The notes under the pieces were generated by a model, which saw only the letters and a list, made by a program, of their open reading frames with translations, ran no database searches and was not told the origin of the DNA. Of a stretch of DNA of 59,672 bases, positions 40,578 to 50,593 are shown in pieces (within the stretch, counting starts at the first letter, position 1; each line of letters opens with the position of its first letter). The DNA lies in NCBI GenBank assembly GCA_964487785.1, contig CAZASU010000004.1:1623-61294 (forward strand). Direction: 5' to 3'. Source of the DNA: an uncultured Gemmatimonadaceae bacterium (lineage in GTDB: Bacteria > Gemmatimonadota > Gemmatimonadetes > Gemmatimonadales > GWC2-71-9). The translations under genes and the position numbers were made by a program.

Positions 40578-41569
40578 CACCGGATGACGGTGCTGCCCCA
40601 GGTGAATCCCGCGCCGAAGGCAACCAGGAGCAGGAGCGAGCCAGGCTTCACCCGGCCTTCGGTGATGGCCTGATCGAGAGCCAGCGGGATGGAGGCCGAG
40701 GACGTGTTTCCGTAGCGGTCCACGTTGACCATCACCTTGTCCATGGGCATTCCGGCGTGCTTGGCGGTGGACTCGATGATCCGGACGTTGGCCTGATGCG
40801 GAATGAGCAGATCGATCTCGTCCGCGCTCACACCGGCGCGTTGCAGGGCCTCGTCGCAGGCCTCGGCCATGGCGAGGACCGCCGCCTTGAACACCTCGCG
40901 CCCGGCCATCTTCATGTAGTGCGAGCGCTCGCAGACCACTCTTTCGCTGATCGGATTGGCGGCACCGCCGCCGGGCCGATAGAGCAGCGGCGCAAGCTTC
41001 CCGTCCGACTTGAGGAAGGTGGACAGGATACCGCGGCCGTTCTTGCCCGTTGTCCGCCGAATGATCGCCGCACCGGCGCCGTCGCCAAACAGGATGGCAG
41101 TGGAGCGGTCCTGGAAGTCGGTGATGGTGGACAGCTTCTCCGCGCCGATCACGAGCACGGTCTCGCTCTGTCCCGAGGCGATGAGACCCTCGGCGATGGT
41201 AGTGGCGAATACGAACCCGGGACAGGCGGCCGAGATGTCGAAGGCGGCCGCGTTGTCCGCCCCGAGCAGGGCCTGGAGATCGCACGCCGTAGAAGGAAGC
41301 AGCCGGTCCGGCGTGGCTGTGGCCAGCACGATGGCATCGAGATCCATGGCGGTGAGTCCGGCTCGCTCGAGCGCCTTTTCGCTGGCCTCGCGGCTCAGCA
41401 TGGCCACTGACTGGTCCGGTGCGGCGATGTGGCGCTCGCGAATCCCGGTTCGCTCCACGATCCATTCGTCGGAGGTGTCCAGCGTCCGGGTGAGATCGGC
41501 GTTGGTGAGAATCCCCGGCGGAACGGCGACACCGATGCTGGCCATCTCGGCAAAGGGGCGCTGCATCAT
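40574..41569 (-). CDS. fabH: 3-oxoacyl-ACP synthase III
   Basis: DTSDEWI..RTGI, AACPG, FGDGAGA, HQAN and GNTSSAS motifs. Confidence 0.96.
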   Translation of the reverse strand: MMQRPFAEMASIGVAVPPGILTNADLTRTLDTSDEWIVERTGIRERHIAAPDQSVAMLSREASEKALERAGLTAMDLDAIVLATATPDRLLPSTACDLQALLGADNAAAFDISAACPGFVFATTIAEGLIASGQSETVLVIGAEKLSTITDFQDRSTAILFGDGAGAAIIRRTTGKNGRGILSTFLKSDGKLAPLLYRPGGGAANPISERVVCERSHYMKMAGREVFKAAVLAMAEACDEALQRAGVSADEIDLLIPHQANVRIIESTAKHAGMPMDKVMVNVDRYGNTSSASIPLALDQAITEGRVKPGSLLLLVAFGAGFTWGSTVIRW

Positions 41570-42579
41570 GCCGGGGCCGCGGCTTCCCGCTGGGCAAACT
41601 CGGCGCCAATGTGCTTGCTGAGGTCGGCTTCCACCGACTGCACCGCCACCCGCACGGCGTTCTTGATTGCGTTGGCGGGAGAGGCCCCATGACAGATGAT
41701 GGACACGCCCTTCACGCCGAGGAGCGGGGCGCCACCGTACTCGGAGTAGTCGAGGATGCGGAACAGCTCCTTCATCTCGGCCCGCTGGAGCATCTCGGGC
41801 AGCTGCTGCTTGATCAGCCCGATGAACAAGCGGGCGACCGACTCATAGAATTTGAGCACCACGTTACCCACGAACCCGTCGCACACGACCACGTCCACCA
41901 CCCCAAACTTGTGGTGTCCGGCGACGATGTCGCGCCCCTCCATGTTGCCGATGTAGTGGAGGCCCGGGCTGCGCTTGAGGAGCGCATGGGCCTCCCGGGT
42001 GATGGCGTTGCCCTTCTCCTCCTCCTCGCCCACGTTGAGGAGCCCGACGGTCGGGCTGGGGCGGCGCAGAACGTCGCGCATGTAGACGCTGCCGAGATAG
42101 GCGAAGTTCACCAGCTCCCGGGCCGAGCAGTCGACGTTGGCGCCGCCATCGAGGACCAGTACCGGCTGGTTAAGGGTGGGAAACAGGGTGGCGACGGTGG
42201 CCCGTTCGACCCCATCGTGCAGCCCGAGCAGGATCGTGGAGGCGGCGAGAGTGGCGCCGGTGTTGCCGGCAGATACAAACGCGTCGGAGCGGCCGGCCTT
42301 CTGCAGGCCGAGGCCGATGACGATGCTGGAATTGGGTTTCCGGCGGACGGCGGCGAGGGGCTTTTCGCCCATGCCGATAACTTCAGCCGCGTCGTGCAGC
42401 TCTATACGGCTGCGGTCGGCATCAGGATACTTGGCGAGCTCGGCGCTGATGACATCGGGACGGCCCACCAGCTGGATAGTGAATTTGCCCGGCAGCGAGG
42501 TCAGCGCCTGCACCACGCCGGCGATCTCCGCCTGCGGAGCGGTGTCGCCCCCCATAGCGTCCACCGCCACGCGAATCAC
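41566..42579 (-). CDS. plsX: Phosphate acyltransferase PlsX
   Basis: AVDAMGGD, SAGNTGA, LDGGAN, CDGFVGNVVLK and YGGAPLLG motifs. Confidence 0.96.
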   Translation of the reverse strand: MIRVAVDAMGGDTAPQAEIAGVVQALTSLPGKFTIQLVGRPDVISAELAKYPDADRSRIELHDAAEVIGMGEKPLAAVRRKPNSSIVIGLGLQKAGRSDAFVSAGNTGATLAASTILLGLHDGVERATVATLFPTLNQPVLVLDGGANVDCSARELVNFAYLGSVYMRDVLRRPSPTVGLLNVGEEEEKGNAITREAHALLKRSPGLHYIGNMEGRDIVAGHHKFGVVDVVVCDGFVGNVVLKFYESVARLFIGLIKQQLPEMLQRAEMKELFRILDYSEYGGAPLLGVKGVSIICHGASPANAIKNAVRVAVQSVEADLSKHIGAEFAQREAAAPA

Positions 42580-42581
42580 CC

Positions 42582-42764
42582 TCAGGCGTCCTCGACCTCA
42601 ACCTGCTTCTTTCCCCGATAGTAGCCACACGAATCGCAGACGCGATGCGAGAGCTTGGGAGAGCCACACCGGGGGCACGCCTGGGGCTGGATACTGGCCG
42701 CGACGTGGTGCCCGCGGCGCGAGCGCTTCCGGGCCTTAGAGGTTCGACGCTTCGGAACTGCCAT
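42582..42764 (-). CDS. rpmF: 50S ribosomal protein L32 (zinc-ribbon type)
   Basis: [10 protein letters not shown]...CPRC...HRVC..CGYY. Confidence 0.97.
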   Translation of the reverse strand: MAVPKRRTSKARKRSRRGHHVAASIQPQACPRCGSPKLSHRVCDSCGYYRGKKQVEVEDA

Positions 42765-43248
42765 TAGATCCTCGAACAGGTTCGGCGGGCGCGGAGCAAC
42801 CGCAGGGGCCCGCGTTCAGGTCCGCTCCACAGGTGAGACAGAGGCCGGCACAGTCCGCCCGGCAGAGCAACAGGCGGGCGGGTACCGCCAGAGCCAACTC
42901 CTCCCGCGCCACGTCCCGGATGTCGATATGCGACGCGCGCTCCAGCAGCGGATAGGAATCGGGATGTTCTGCCGCCTCGGGATCGGTGCTGAAGATGGCG
43001 GCATTCACGTCGATGTCCAGTTCGGTGCGAACGTCGGCAAGGCAGCGGCGGCACTCGCTCTGCATCCCGCCGTGGAACCTGCCCCGCCACAAGAACTCAC
43101 CCTGGCCCATCGACTGAAGCTGCCCGGTGACGGATACCGGGCCGATCAGGTTCAAATCCAGCCCCTTGAACGCGGGATCGTCCGGCTGAAGCTCTCCCAC
43201 GGTCCGTACCGGGCCCCGCTGGAGGTCCCGTATGTCTACTCGCAGCAT
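42736..43248 (-). CDS. DUF177/YceD family protein
   Basis: C.RCL and C...C.GLC..CG.DLN...C.C motifs; canonical position upstream of rpmF. Confidence 0.88.
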   Translation of the reverse strand: MLRVDIRDLQRGPVRTVGELQPDDPAFKGLDLNLIGPVSVTGQLQSMGQGEFLWRGRFHGGMQSECRRCLADVRTELDIDVNAAIFSTDPEAAEHPDSYPLLERASHIDIRDVAREELALAVPARLLLCRADCAGLCLTCGADLNAGPCGCSAPAEPVRGSNGSSEASNL

Positions 43249-43256
43249 AGCCGCTT

Positions 43257-43285
43257 AAAGTAAACGGGACAACAACTTGGGTCAA
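43257..43285 (-). promoter_or_regulatory. sigma70-type promoter for the yceD-rpmF-plsX-fab operon
   Basis: TTGACC (43285-43280), 17 nt, TACTTT (43262-43257), then 8 nt to ATG. Confidence 0.6.
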
Positions 43286-43303
43286 GCAACAACAACCCGG
43301 CCC

Positions 43304-43762
43304 TCACCGCTCCCGCTTACCGCTCCCGCCTTCCCCCCATAGGTGAGCCAGCTCCCCTTCCGTGAAGAAGAACGCCACCTCGCGGGCCGCATTCTCCGGG
43401 CTGTCCGAGGCATGGATGGCGTTCCGTCCCTTGGATTCGGCGAAGAGCTTCCGAACGGTGCCCGGTGCCGCCTCGGCGGGGTCCGTGGCGCCGATGACGT
43501 TCCGCATCTGGGCGACGGCATCGTCGCGCTCGAGCGCCATGGGAAGGCAGGGCCCGCCGGTCATGAACTCGACCAGATCGGCGTAGAACGGGCGCCCCGC
43601 ATGAACGGCGTAGAACGCCGCGGCCTGCGCGCGAGTGAGTCGCACCAGCCGGGTGGCCCGGAGAATGAAACCCGCTTTCTGGAGGTGCGCGACGATGGCG
43701 CCGGTCTTGCCGGTTGCCACCGCGTCGGGCTTCACGATGCCGAGTGTGAGTGTCGCTGCCAC
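43304..43762 (-). CDS. ndk: Nucleoside diphosphate kinase
   Basis: IVKPDAV, FYAVHAGRPFY, GAT.P..A.PGT.R and NAIHASD motifs. Confidence 0.96.
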   Translation of the reverse strand: MAATLTLGIVKPDAVATGKTGAIVAHLQKAGFILRATRLVRLTRAQAAAFYAVHAGRPFYADLVEFMTGGPCLPMALERDDAVAQMRNVIGATDPAEAAPGTVRKLFAESKGRNAIHASDSPENAAREVAFFFTEGELAHLWGEGGSGKRER

Positions 43763-43786
43763 GATGTCTCCTGCAATGCGGTGAGC

Positions 43787-44656
43787 CTAGAGCCTGGATT
43801 TGAGGAGCGCCACGACATCCACCGGGCGCCGCATGATGCCGATACCGGCTGCCTCGAACGCCGCGAGCTTTTCCTCGGCCGTACCGGACGATCGGGAGAT
43901 GATGGCCCCGGCGTGGCCCATCCGGCGTCCTTTGGGAGCGGTCTGCCCCGCGATGAATCCGACCACCGGCTTGGTCACCTTCTCCTTCACGAACGCAGCG
44001 GCGTTTTGCTCGTCGGTGCCGCCGATCTCGCCGATGACGACGATAGCATCGGTGCCCGAATCCTCCTGAAACGCCCGGAGGCAGTCGATGAAGTCAGTGC
44101 CGATGATGGGATCACCGCCAATCCCGACGCAGGTGCTCTGGCCGATGCCGCTGCGGGTGAGATGATTCACCACCTCGTAGGTCAGCGTTCCGCTGCGAGA
44201 GACCAACCCCACCCGTCCCGGGGCACAGATGTTACCCGGAATGATCCCGACCTTGCTGGACCCGGGGGTAATGAGTCCGGGACAGTTCGGCCCGATGAGC
44301 CGCGCACCCCGAGACCGCACGAATGGCATTACCCGGCTCATGTGCATTACCGGAATGCCCTCGGTGATGCAGACGATGAGCGGGAGGCCGGCGTCAACCG
44401 CCTCGAAGATGGCTCCGGCCGCGGCCATGGGCGGTACATAGATCACCGAGCAGTTGGCCTTGGTGGCGCGCACCGCATCGGCCACGGTGTTGAAGATGGG
44501 CACCCGGGTCTCGAACTTCTGCCCCCCCTTACCCGGGGTCACACCGGCCACCACAGTGGTCCCGTACTCGAGCATCTGGCGGGTATGAAACGCACCCTCG
44601 CGGCCGGTGATCCCCTGGACCAGCAGGCGGGTGTTCCGGTCGATGAAGACGCTCAC
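43787..44656 (-). CDS. sucD: Succinyl-CoA synthetase alpha subunit
   Basis: [28 protein letters not shown] and MGHAGA motifs. Confidence 0.97.
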   Translation of the reverse strand: MSVFIDRNTRLLVQGITGREGAFHTRQMLEYGTTVVAGVTPGKGGQKFETRVPIFNTVADAVRATKANCSVIYVPPMAAAGAIFEAVDAGLPLIVCITEGIPVMHMSRVMPFVRSRGARLIGPNCPGLITPGSSKVGIIPGNICAPGRVGLVSRSGTLTYEVVNHLTRSGIGQSTCVGIGGDPIIGTDFIDCLRAFQEDSGTDAIVVIGEIGGTDEQNAAAFVKEKVTKPVVGFIAGQTAPKGRRMGHAGAIISRSSGTAEEKLAAFEAAGIGIMRRPVDVVALLKSRL

Positions 44657-45792
44657 GCCGCCTGCCGGGCCAGGCGAACCACCTGCTCCACCGCCTGGTC
44701 CATGTCGCTCAGTGCCCGCATGCCTACGGCCTCGAGAATGCTGATGGCCGCGGTCTCGTTGGTGCCGGTCAGCCGGATGACGATGGGTACCTTCACCTTG
44801 ACTTGCCGGGTGGCGGCCACGATACCATTGGCCACGTCGTCGGTCCGGGTGATCCCTCCGAAAATGTTGAAGAGGATGGCCTTCACGTTAGAATCGCTGG
44901 TGATGATCTTGAGCGCGCTGATGACCTTTTCCGGGTTCGAGCTGCCGCCGATGTCAAGAAAGTTGGCCGGCTCGCCCCCGTAGTACTTCACCAGGTCCAT
45001 TGTTGCCATGGCCAGACCGGCGCCGTTCACCACGCACCCGACATTGCCCTCGAGCTTGATGAACGACAGGTTGGCCCGGCGCGCGGCCGCTTCGCTCGGC
45101 TCCTCCGCGGTATCGTCGCGCAGGAGGCCGAGATCCGGCCGCCAGAACAGCTCATTGTCGTCGATGACGATCTTGGCATCCAGCGCGAGCACCTGGCCGC
45201 CTGGCGTGGTCACCAGCGGATTGATCTCGGCCAGGGAGCAGCCGTTGGCGGTAAAGACGCTGTACAGCTGCTCCATCATCCGGGCCGCGGCCTTGACCTG
45301 ATTGAAGTCGCTGTACAGCGCAAAGGCCAAGGTGAGCGCCTGATGGGGGAGCAGGCCATAGGTTGGGTCAACCGGCAGGCGCAGGATCTTCTCCGGGGTC
45401 TTGGCGGCAACCTCTTCGATGTCGATCCCTCCGGCGGAGCTCACCATGAACACCGGTCGCTGGGACTCGCGATCCATGATGAGACCGAGGTAGCTCTCGC
45501 TGGCGATATCCGCGGCGGGGACCACAAGCACCTTGTGGACCTCCAGTCCCTTGATGCTCATGCCGAGGATCTCGGCCGCATGATCGAGCGCCTCGCTGGG
45601 GTTGCGGGCCAGCTTCACCCCTCCGGCCTTTCCCCGTCCCCCCGCATGGACCTGTGCCTTGATCACGACCGGGCCGCCCAGCCGGCGCGCGATCGATTCC
45701 GCCTCGGTCGGGGTAGAGGCCACGTCGCCGTCCAGCATGGCGATGCCCGCCGTCTTGAGCAGGGCTCGGGCCTGGTACTCGTGCAGATTCAC
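44653..45792 (-). CDS. sucC: Succinyl-CoA synthetase beta subunit
   Basis: [38 protein letters not shown] and NIFGGI motifs. Confidence 0.97.
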   Translation of the reverse strand: MNLHEYQARALLKTAGIAMLDGDVASTPTEAESIARRLGGPVVIKAQVHAGGRGKAGGVKLARNPSEALDHAAEILGMSIKGLEVHKVLVVPAADIASESYLGLIMDRESQRPVFMVSSAGGIDIEEVAAKTPEKILRLPVDPTYGLLPHQALTLAFALYSDFNQVKAAARMMEQLYSVFTANGCSLAEINPLVTTPGGQVLALDAKIVIDDNELFWRPDLGLLRDDTAEEPSEAAARRANLSFIKLEGNVGCVVNGAGLAMATMDLVKYYGGEPANFLDIGGSSNPEKVISALKIITSDSNVKAILFNIFGGITRTDDVANGIVAATRQVKVKVPIVIRLTGTNETAAISILEAVGMRALSDMDQAVEQVVRLARQAA

Positions 45793-46757
45793 GGCATCCT
45801 CATGATGGTCGTTCCGGTCTCGCCGCGGAGCGCGGCTGCTCCCTCGGACAGCCGGGCGATGATGGCCCGCGTCCCGCCCCGGCTCACGAACCCCGCGGCG
45901 GCTTCGATCTTGGGCTTCATTCCACCGGCATCCAGTGAGCCGGCGGCGATCATCCGTTCGGCCTGCTCGACGCTCATCCGCCGGATAGGACGCGCCTCTG
46001 GCGTTCCCCACCCCTCGAAAACCGCAGCCACGTTTGTCAGGATCATCAGCACTTCGGCATCCAGCTGGCTGGCAAGAATGGCGGAGACGCGATCCTTGTC
46101 CACTACGGCGTCGAGTCCCTCGAGTCCCAGCAGCGGATCCTGATACACCGGAGGACCGCCGCCGCCGGCGGCGATCACCACCGTGCCCTGGTCGAGCAGT
46201 CGCTTGATCACAGGAAACTCCACGACCCCGAGCGGCATGGGGCTGGCGGCCATCCGGCGCCAGGTACCAGCACCGTCCTTCCCCACCGCTCGCCCGGCTT
46301 CGCGAATGCGGGCGGCTTCCTTGTCGGACAGCGGATGGCCGATCGGCTTGGTCGGCCGGCTGAGGGCCGGATCGTAACGATCGACCAGCGTCTGGGTGAT
46401 GACGGTGACGACCTCGCGCTGCACTCGGGCGGCAGCGAGGGCGTTCTGCAGGGATTGCTGGATCATGTATCCGATCCAGCCCGCCGTCTCGGCGACCAGG
46501 ACTCCGAGTGGAAGCGGCTCCGCCACCCTCCGGGCGGCCTCGTTGCGCAGCAGCTCATCGCCGACTTGCGGCCCATTGCCGTGCACGATGACGATCCGCC
46601 ATCCCTGCCGGGCCAGCTCCACGATCGGCGCGACACTCTCGCGCGCATGCCGGAACTGGTTGGTTACCGTGGCCGGCTCATCCGAGCGCGCCAGCGCGTT
46701 GCCCCCGAGCGCCAGCACCGCGGTGCGAACGCTACTCTCAGGCTGGGACGCGAGCAA
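45789..46757 (-). CDS. arcC: Carbamate kinase (start uncertain)
   Basis: ALGGNAL, HGNGPQVG, PTKPIG, GGGGPP, AVVDKD and GGMKPKIEAA motifs. Confidence 0.88.
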   Translation of the reverse strand: MLASQPESSVRTAVLALGGNALARSDEPATVTNQFRHARESVAPIVELARQGWRIVIVHGNGPQVGDELLRNEAARRVAEPLPLGVLVAETAGWIGYMIQQSLQNALAAARVQREVVTVITQTLVDRYDPALSRPTKPIGHPLSDKEAARIREAGRAVGKDGAGTWRRMAASPMPLGVVEFPVIKRLLDQGTVVIAAGGGGPPVYQDPLLGLEGLDAVVDKDRVSAILASQLDAEVLMILTNVAAVFEGWGTPEARPIRRMSVEQAERMIAAGSLDAGGMKPKIEAAAGFVSRGGTRAIIARLSEGAAALRGETGTTIMRMP

Positions 46758-46759
46758 GC

Positions 46760-49213
46760 TTAGAACCTCGCCGAATCGAGAGGTAGACCCAGCACGTTGC
46801 GCAGCGTGCTCCAGGCCCTGCCGAACTCCGACCAATCACCGATCCTGAGAGCCGAGTCTGCCAGCTCCAGCCAGCGCTTGGCTTCCTCCAGCCGTCCTGA
46901 CTGCGCGGTTCCCGGCGGAGCAGGCACCGTGGTCCCGAGCAGGTTGCTCCATGCCTCCTGAAGGGTTCGACCCGCGCCAAGGCGATCCCGAGCCGCCACG
47001 CTGACCCAGACCAGCACCATGCCCCCTGGGGCGCGCGCGGCGTAGTACGCCTGATAGGCCACCGGCCCACCAGGCCCGAGGTCCACGCGAACCGGCCCTC
47101 GCTCCAGCTTCCCTCCGTCTTCCCGAATCGAGTCGTTCAGTGCGTCGTAAGATGGGAAGTTCGCCCAGCGGTTCTCCAGCACGCCCCGGATGGGAAGGGT
47201 TGTGGTCGAGTCCAGCCGCACCAGCTGGAGGTGAGTACGACCATCGTCCCGGGATCCTATCAGCACCGCGCTGAGCCGGCGCTCGCCGGGCGACTCGAAG
47301 GTGGAAACCAATTGAGGCCCGGAGGTGTCCGCTGCCCATCCGACTTGTGGCGGCGGCGGCTCCGCGGCCCCCTGCCCAGTACCCCCGCCCAGGCTGCCGG
47401 CATTCCAGGGTGTGTGCTCCAGCTCCTGCGCCTGGATCCGAAACAGCTCAGCGGGATAGGGCGCGGCTCGAAGCACAACTTCCGGGATGGCGGATCCCGG
47501 CTCCACTACGCCGTGGGATAGTCTGGCCCAGGTTTCCGCCAGGGCATCGGCTCCGGGCTGGAGGAACACTCGTACCGCCCCGGTCTCGGCATTCACCGTC
47601 GCGAGAAAGGCGGCCCTGACCGACCCCACCCGGCGGTCGCGCCACATCCGTCGCCCCGTGAGCGGGAAGGTGCTCGATGCGAGGTAGCCGTCCAGCAACC
47701 AGATCAGCTGACCGTTGATCACTCGCGCCGTCGGAGGGCTCCAATCGGCAAAGGGAGCCAGACGGACCAGCCGGTCCTGGGGAGAGAGGTGCCAATCGAT
47801 GCTGGTTCCCGGGGGAACGGAGCCGAGGAGCTCGCCGGCCTGAAGCGCCCAGGCAAGCACCAGGCGGCGGGCCCAGGATTCCACCGTCACGCCAGGGGCG
47901 TCGCCCTGACGCAGCCGATAATCGGGAGCGTCGGGCTGCAACAGATCGGAAGGGAGCTCGAGCATCGCGGTGGGACTCGTGTGGGAGAGCGTGTCACTCA
48001 GGCGATGAAAGAGAGGCTCGCCCGAGCGACTCGCCCGGTTGTCCGCGACGGCCGAGAGTACGATCCGCCGGCCGGGGTTCGAACGAACCACGAGCCAGAC
48101 CGGGCGGCGCTTGCCCTGCCGGGTCAAGAGCGCCGCATCGATGGAGAGGAGGCGGGTGGAGTCTGCCGGGAGCACCCGGGCGACGACCTCGGGGTTCCAG
48201 AGCGACGGCACCGCCGGCGGCATCGGCTGGCTGATCGGCTCCAGACGAGCGTCGCGCAGGCCTTCGAGCCCATACGCCAGACGCTCCAGCTGTTCCATGG
48301 TCCGGGGCTCGACCATGCGGGCCGCCGAGCCCCCGAGGATCGATGGCACCAGCCAGTGCCCAACGATGGACCCGCTCCCGAGCAACATCCATCCGGCAAG
48401 GGCAAGCGTGTGCCGCGGGCGGGTTGCCCAAATTGCCGACACCGCGCCCGCCGCGAGTGCGACCCCCGCGAGCACGGGAGAGACTACCTGGCCGGTTCGC
48501 CAACTGGGCTCGTCGAGCAGGTCCACCGATCCGGCGATCACTTCATAGGGCTCCAGGAGGTATCCCCACGCCAGCGCGATCGCCAAAGCCGCGAGCAGCC
48601 AGCCGATGTGGGCCCGTGCGTGATCGTTGATCGCGGGCCGCCGCTCGATCCAGCGAATAGCGCCCACCAGCATGTAGAGGGCGGTCACGCCGCTGAGGCC
48701 CAGGAGAATCAGCAGGAGGAGGAAACCATGGACGGCATGCCAGACCGGCAGCTGGGCGATGTAGAAGCCCAGGTCGCGACCGAGGAGCGGATCGTCGATG
48801 CGGTAGGAGACGCCCTGCCAGGCGAGAGTGACCTCACGCCACCATCCCGAGGCACCCACCCCAACCAGGAGGCCAAACAGTGCCCCGGACGCGATAGCCA
48901 CCGTAAGGAGGGTGCCGGGTGTGAGGGCCTCACGGAATTCGAGGTTGGCCACATTGCGACGAATCTGCACCGTACCGACCGCCCGATAGACCAGAAGCAG
49001 GTGGCCGATAAACCAGGCGGAGGCAATCAGGCAGCCGGCGAGCTCGAGCGTGAGACGGAGAACATGCCAGTCGGTGAGGAACTCTGCGGCCGCAGGCGAG
49101 ATCTGCGCGGCCCACCAGCGGTCGGCCAGGAGAACGGCGGTCCATCGGCCCGCAAACAGCAGGGCGACGAGTCCCGCGAGCGCGGCGGTGAGCCGCCGAC
49201 CGCGGCGAGACAT
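46760..49213 (-). CDS. UPF0182 family membrane protein
   Basis: N-terminal TM block with DPLLGRDLGFY...LP, D.L..LAPF, W.LDGY.....FP and VNAETG motifs; C-terminal A...GDW.EFG. Confidence 0.8.
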   Translation of the reverse strand: MSRRGRRLTAALAGLVALLFAGRWTAVLLADRWWAAQISPAAAEFLTDWHVLRLTLELAGCLIASAWFIGHLLLVYRAVGTVQIRRNVANLEFREALTPGTLLTVAIASGALFGLLVGVGASGWWREVTLAWQGVSYRIDDPLLGRDLGFYIAQLPVWHAVHGFLLLLILLGLSGVTALYMLVGAIRWIERRPAINDHARAHIGWLLAALAIALAWGYLLEPYEVIAGSVDLLDEPSWRTGQVVSPVLAGVALAAGAVSAIWATRPRHTLALAGWMLLGSGSIVGHWLVPSILGGSAARMVEPRTMEQLERLAYGLEGLRDARLEPISQPMPPAVPSLWNPEVVARVLPADSTRLLSIDAALLTRQGKRRPVWLVVRSNPGRRIVLSAVADNRASRSGEPLFHRLSDTLSHTSPTAMLELPSDLLQPDAPDYRLRQGDAPGVTVESWARRLVLAWALQAGELLGSVPPGTSIDWHLSPQDRLVRLAPFADWSPPTARVINGQLIWLLDGYLASSTFPLTGRRMWRDRRVGSVRAAFLATVNAETGAVRVFLQPGADALAETWARLSHGVVEPGSAIPEVVLRAAPYPAELFRIQAQELEHTPWNAGSLGGGTGQGAAEPPPPQVGWAADTSGPQLVSTFESPGERRLSAVLIGSRDDGRTHLQLVRLDSTTTLPIRGVLENRWANFPSYDALNDSIREDGGKLERGPVRVDLGPGGPVAYQAYYAARAPGGMVLVWVSVAARDRLGAGRTLQEAWSNLLGTTVPAPPGTAQSGRLEEAKRWLELADSALRIGDWSEFGRAWSTLRNVLGLPLDSARF

Positions 49214-49228
49214 GCTACCGCTTACCGG

Positions 49229-50593
49229 TCACGCTTTTTGGCTCTTCAGAAAGCCTTCGACCTCAGCCCGATAGGCATCGCGGGCCTGGGCATCCGTGGC
49301 TTCGAAGCGCATGACCAGCACCGGCTGGGTATTCGAGGCCCGGAGAAGGCCCCACCCCTTGGGGAAGGTGATCCGCACACCGTCGATGGTGTTCACCGGG
49401 TATCGTGCGGCGAAATGTGCCGCGGCGCGCTCGACCAGGCCGAACTTCTCCTCCTCGGCGCATTCCACCCGGATCTCGGGAGTGGCGAAGGTGCGCGGAA
49501 GGTCGGCCAGATGCGTTGCCAGGCCGAAGGGCCGGCGGCTCACGATTTCGAGCAGCCGCGCCGCCCCGAACAGCGCATCGTCGAAGCCCAGGTAGTCGCC
49601 GCCGAAGAACATGTGGCCGCTCATCTCCCCGGCCAGCGGCGCCTTGAGCTCCTTCATCTTGGCCTTGATGAGCGAGTGGCCGGTCTTCCACATCACCGGT
49701 TTGGCCCCGGCGGCCGCGAGCGCCGCGGGCAGCACCTCCGAACACTTGACGTCGAAGATTACCGGCGTGCCGCGGCCGAATCGCTCCACCGCGTCGCGGC
49801 CGAAGATGACGAGAAGCTGGTCGCCGTAGATGATCTCGCCGGTCTCGTCCACGGCACCGATCCGGTCGGCGTCTCCGTCGAACGCGATACCGAGCTCGGC
49901 ACCGCTCCGGCGCACCGCCGCCTGTAGGTCACGGAGGTTCTCCGGCACGGTGGGATCGGGATGGTGATTGGGGAAGCTTCCATCCGACTCGCAGAACAGC
50001 GGCGTCACCTCGGCGCCGAGACCCCGGAGGGTGGACACAGCGATCAGACTGCCGACGCCGTTGCCGCAGTCCACCACGACTCGCACCAGCCGTTCCAGCT
50101 TGTGCCGGCTGATGATACCGTCACGGTAGCGCTGGAGCACCGATCCGTCCGAGGTCTCTTTTCCGGCCCCCGAACGCCAGCGCTCGGCCATGATGATCTC
50201 CCACAGGCCGAGGATGTCGTCGCCGTGAAAGGCGTCGCCGGCCAGCACCATCTTGAAGCCGTTGAACTCGGGCGGGTTGTGCGAGCCGGTCACCTGCAGC
50301 CCGGCATCGGTCCCCAGTGCCGAGACCGCGAAATAGAGGGCCGGGGTTGGCAGCATCCCCACGTCTATCGCCGTGCCTCCCGCCTCGGTGATTCCTCGCC
50401 GGACTCCTCGGGACAGCGTGTCGCCCGAGGGGCGGTTATCCCGTCCCACCGCGATGACCGGCGCCCGGCCGAGACGTTCGTGCGCGACGCTGGTGAAGGC
50501 CCGCCCGATGGCCCGAGCGAACTCCGGCGTCAGCTCGCGGTCGACCAGACCGCGGACGTCGTACTGTCGAAAGACGGACTTGGGGACGTTCAT
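49229..50593 (-). CDS. Phosphomannomutase/phosphoglucomutase
   Basis: FRQYDVRG, TGSHNP, FDGDADR, GEMSGH and RASNTQP motifs. Confidence 0.94.
   Translation of the reverse strand: MNVPKSVFRQYDVRGLVDRELTPEFARAIGRAFTSVAHERLGRAPVIAVGRDNRPSGDTLSRGVRRGITEAGGTAIDVGMLPTPALYFAVSALGTDAGLQVTGSHNPPEFNGFKMVLAGDAFHGDDILGLWEIIMAERWRSGAGKETSDGSVLQRYRDGIISRHKLERLVRVVVDCGNGVGSLIAVSTLRGLGAEVTPLFCESDGSFPNHHPDPTVPENLRDLQAAVRRSGAELGIAFDGDADRIGAVDETGEIIYGDQLLVIFGRDAVERFGRGTPVIFDVKCSEVLPAALAAAGAKPVMWKTGHSLIKAKMKELKAPLAGEMSGHMFFGGDYLGFDDALFGAARLLEIVSRRPFGLATHLADLPRTFATPEIRVECAEEEKFGLVERAAAHFAARYPVNTIDGVRITFPKGWGLLRASNTQPVLVMRFEATDAQARDAYRAEVEGFLKSQKA

Noticed and set aside
42736-42764. 29-nt overlap of yceD with rpmF as a regulatory feature
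   Set aside because: More simply explained by a drifted stop codon in a poorly conserved tail.
47789-49927. Long antisense and alternative-frame ORFs (e.g. 712 aa at 47789-49927, 546 aa at 43343-44983, 483 aa at 24131-25582)
   Set aside because: Shadow ORFs expected in high-GC DNA opposite well-supported genes; no recognisable motifs.
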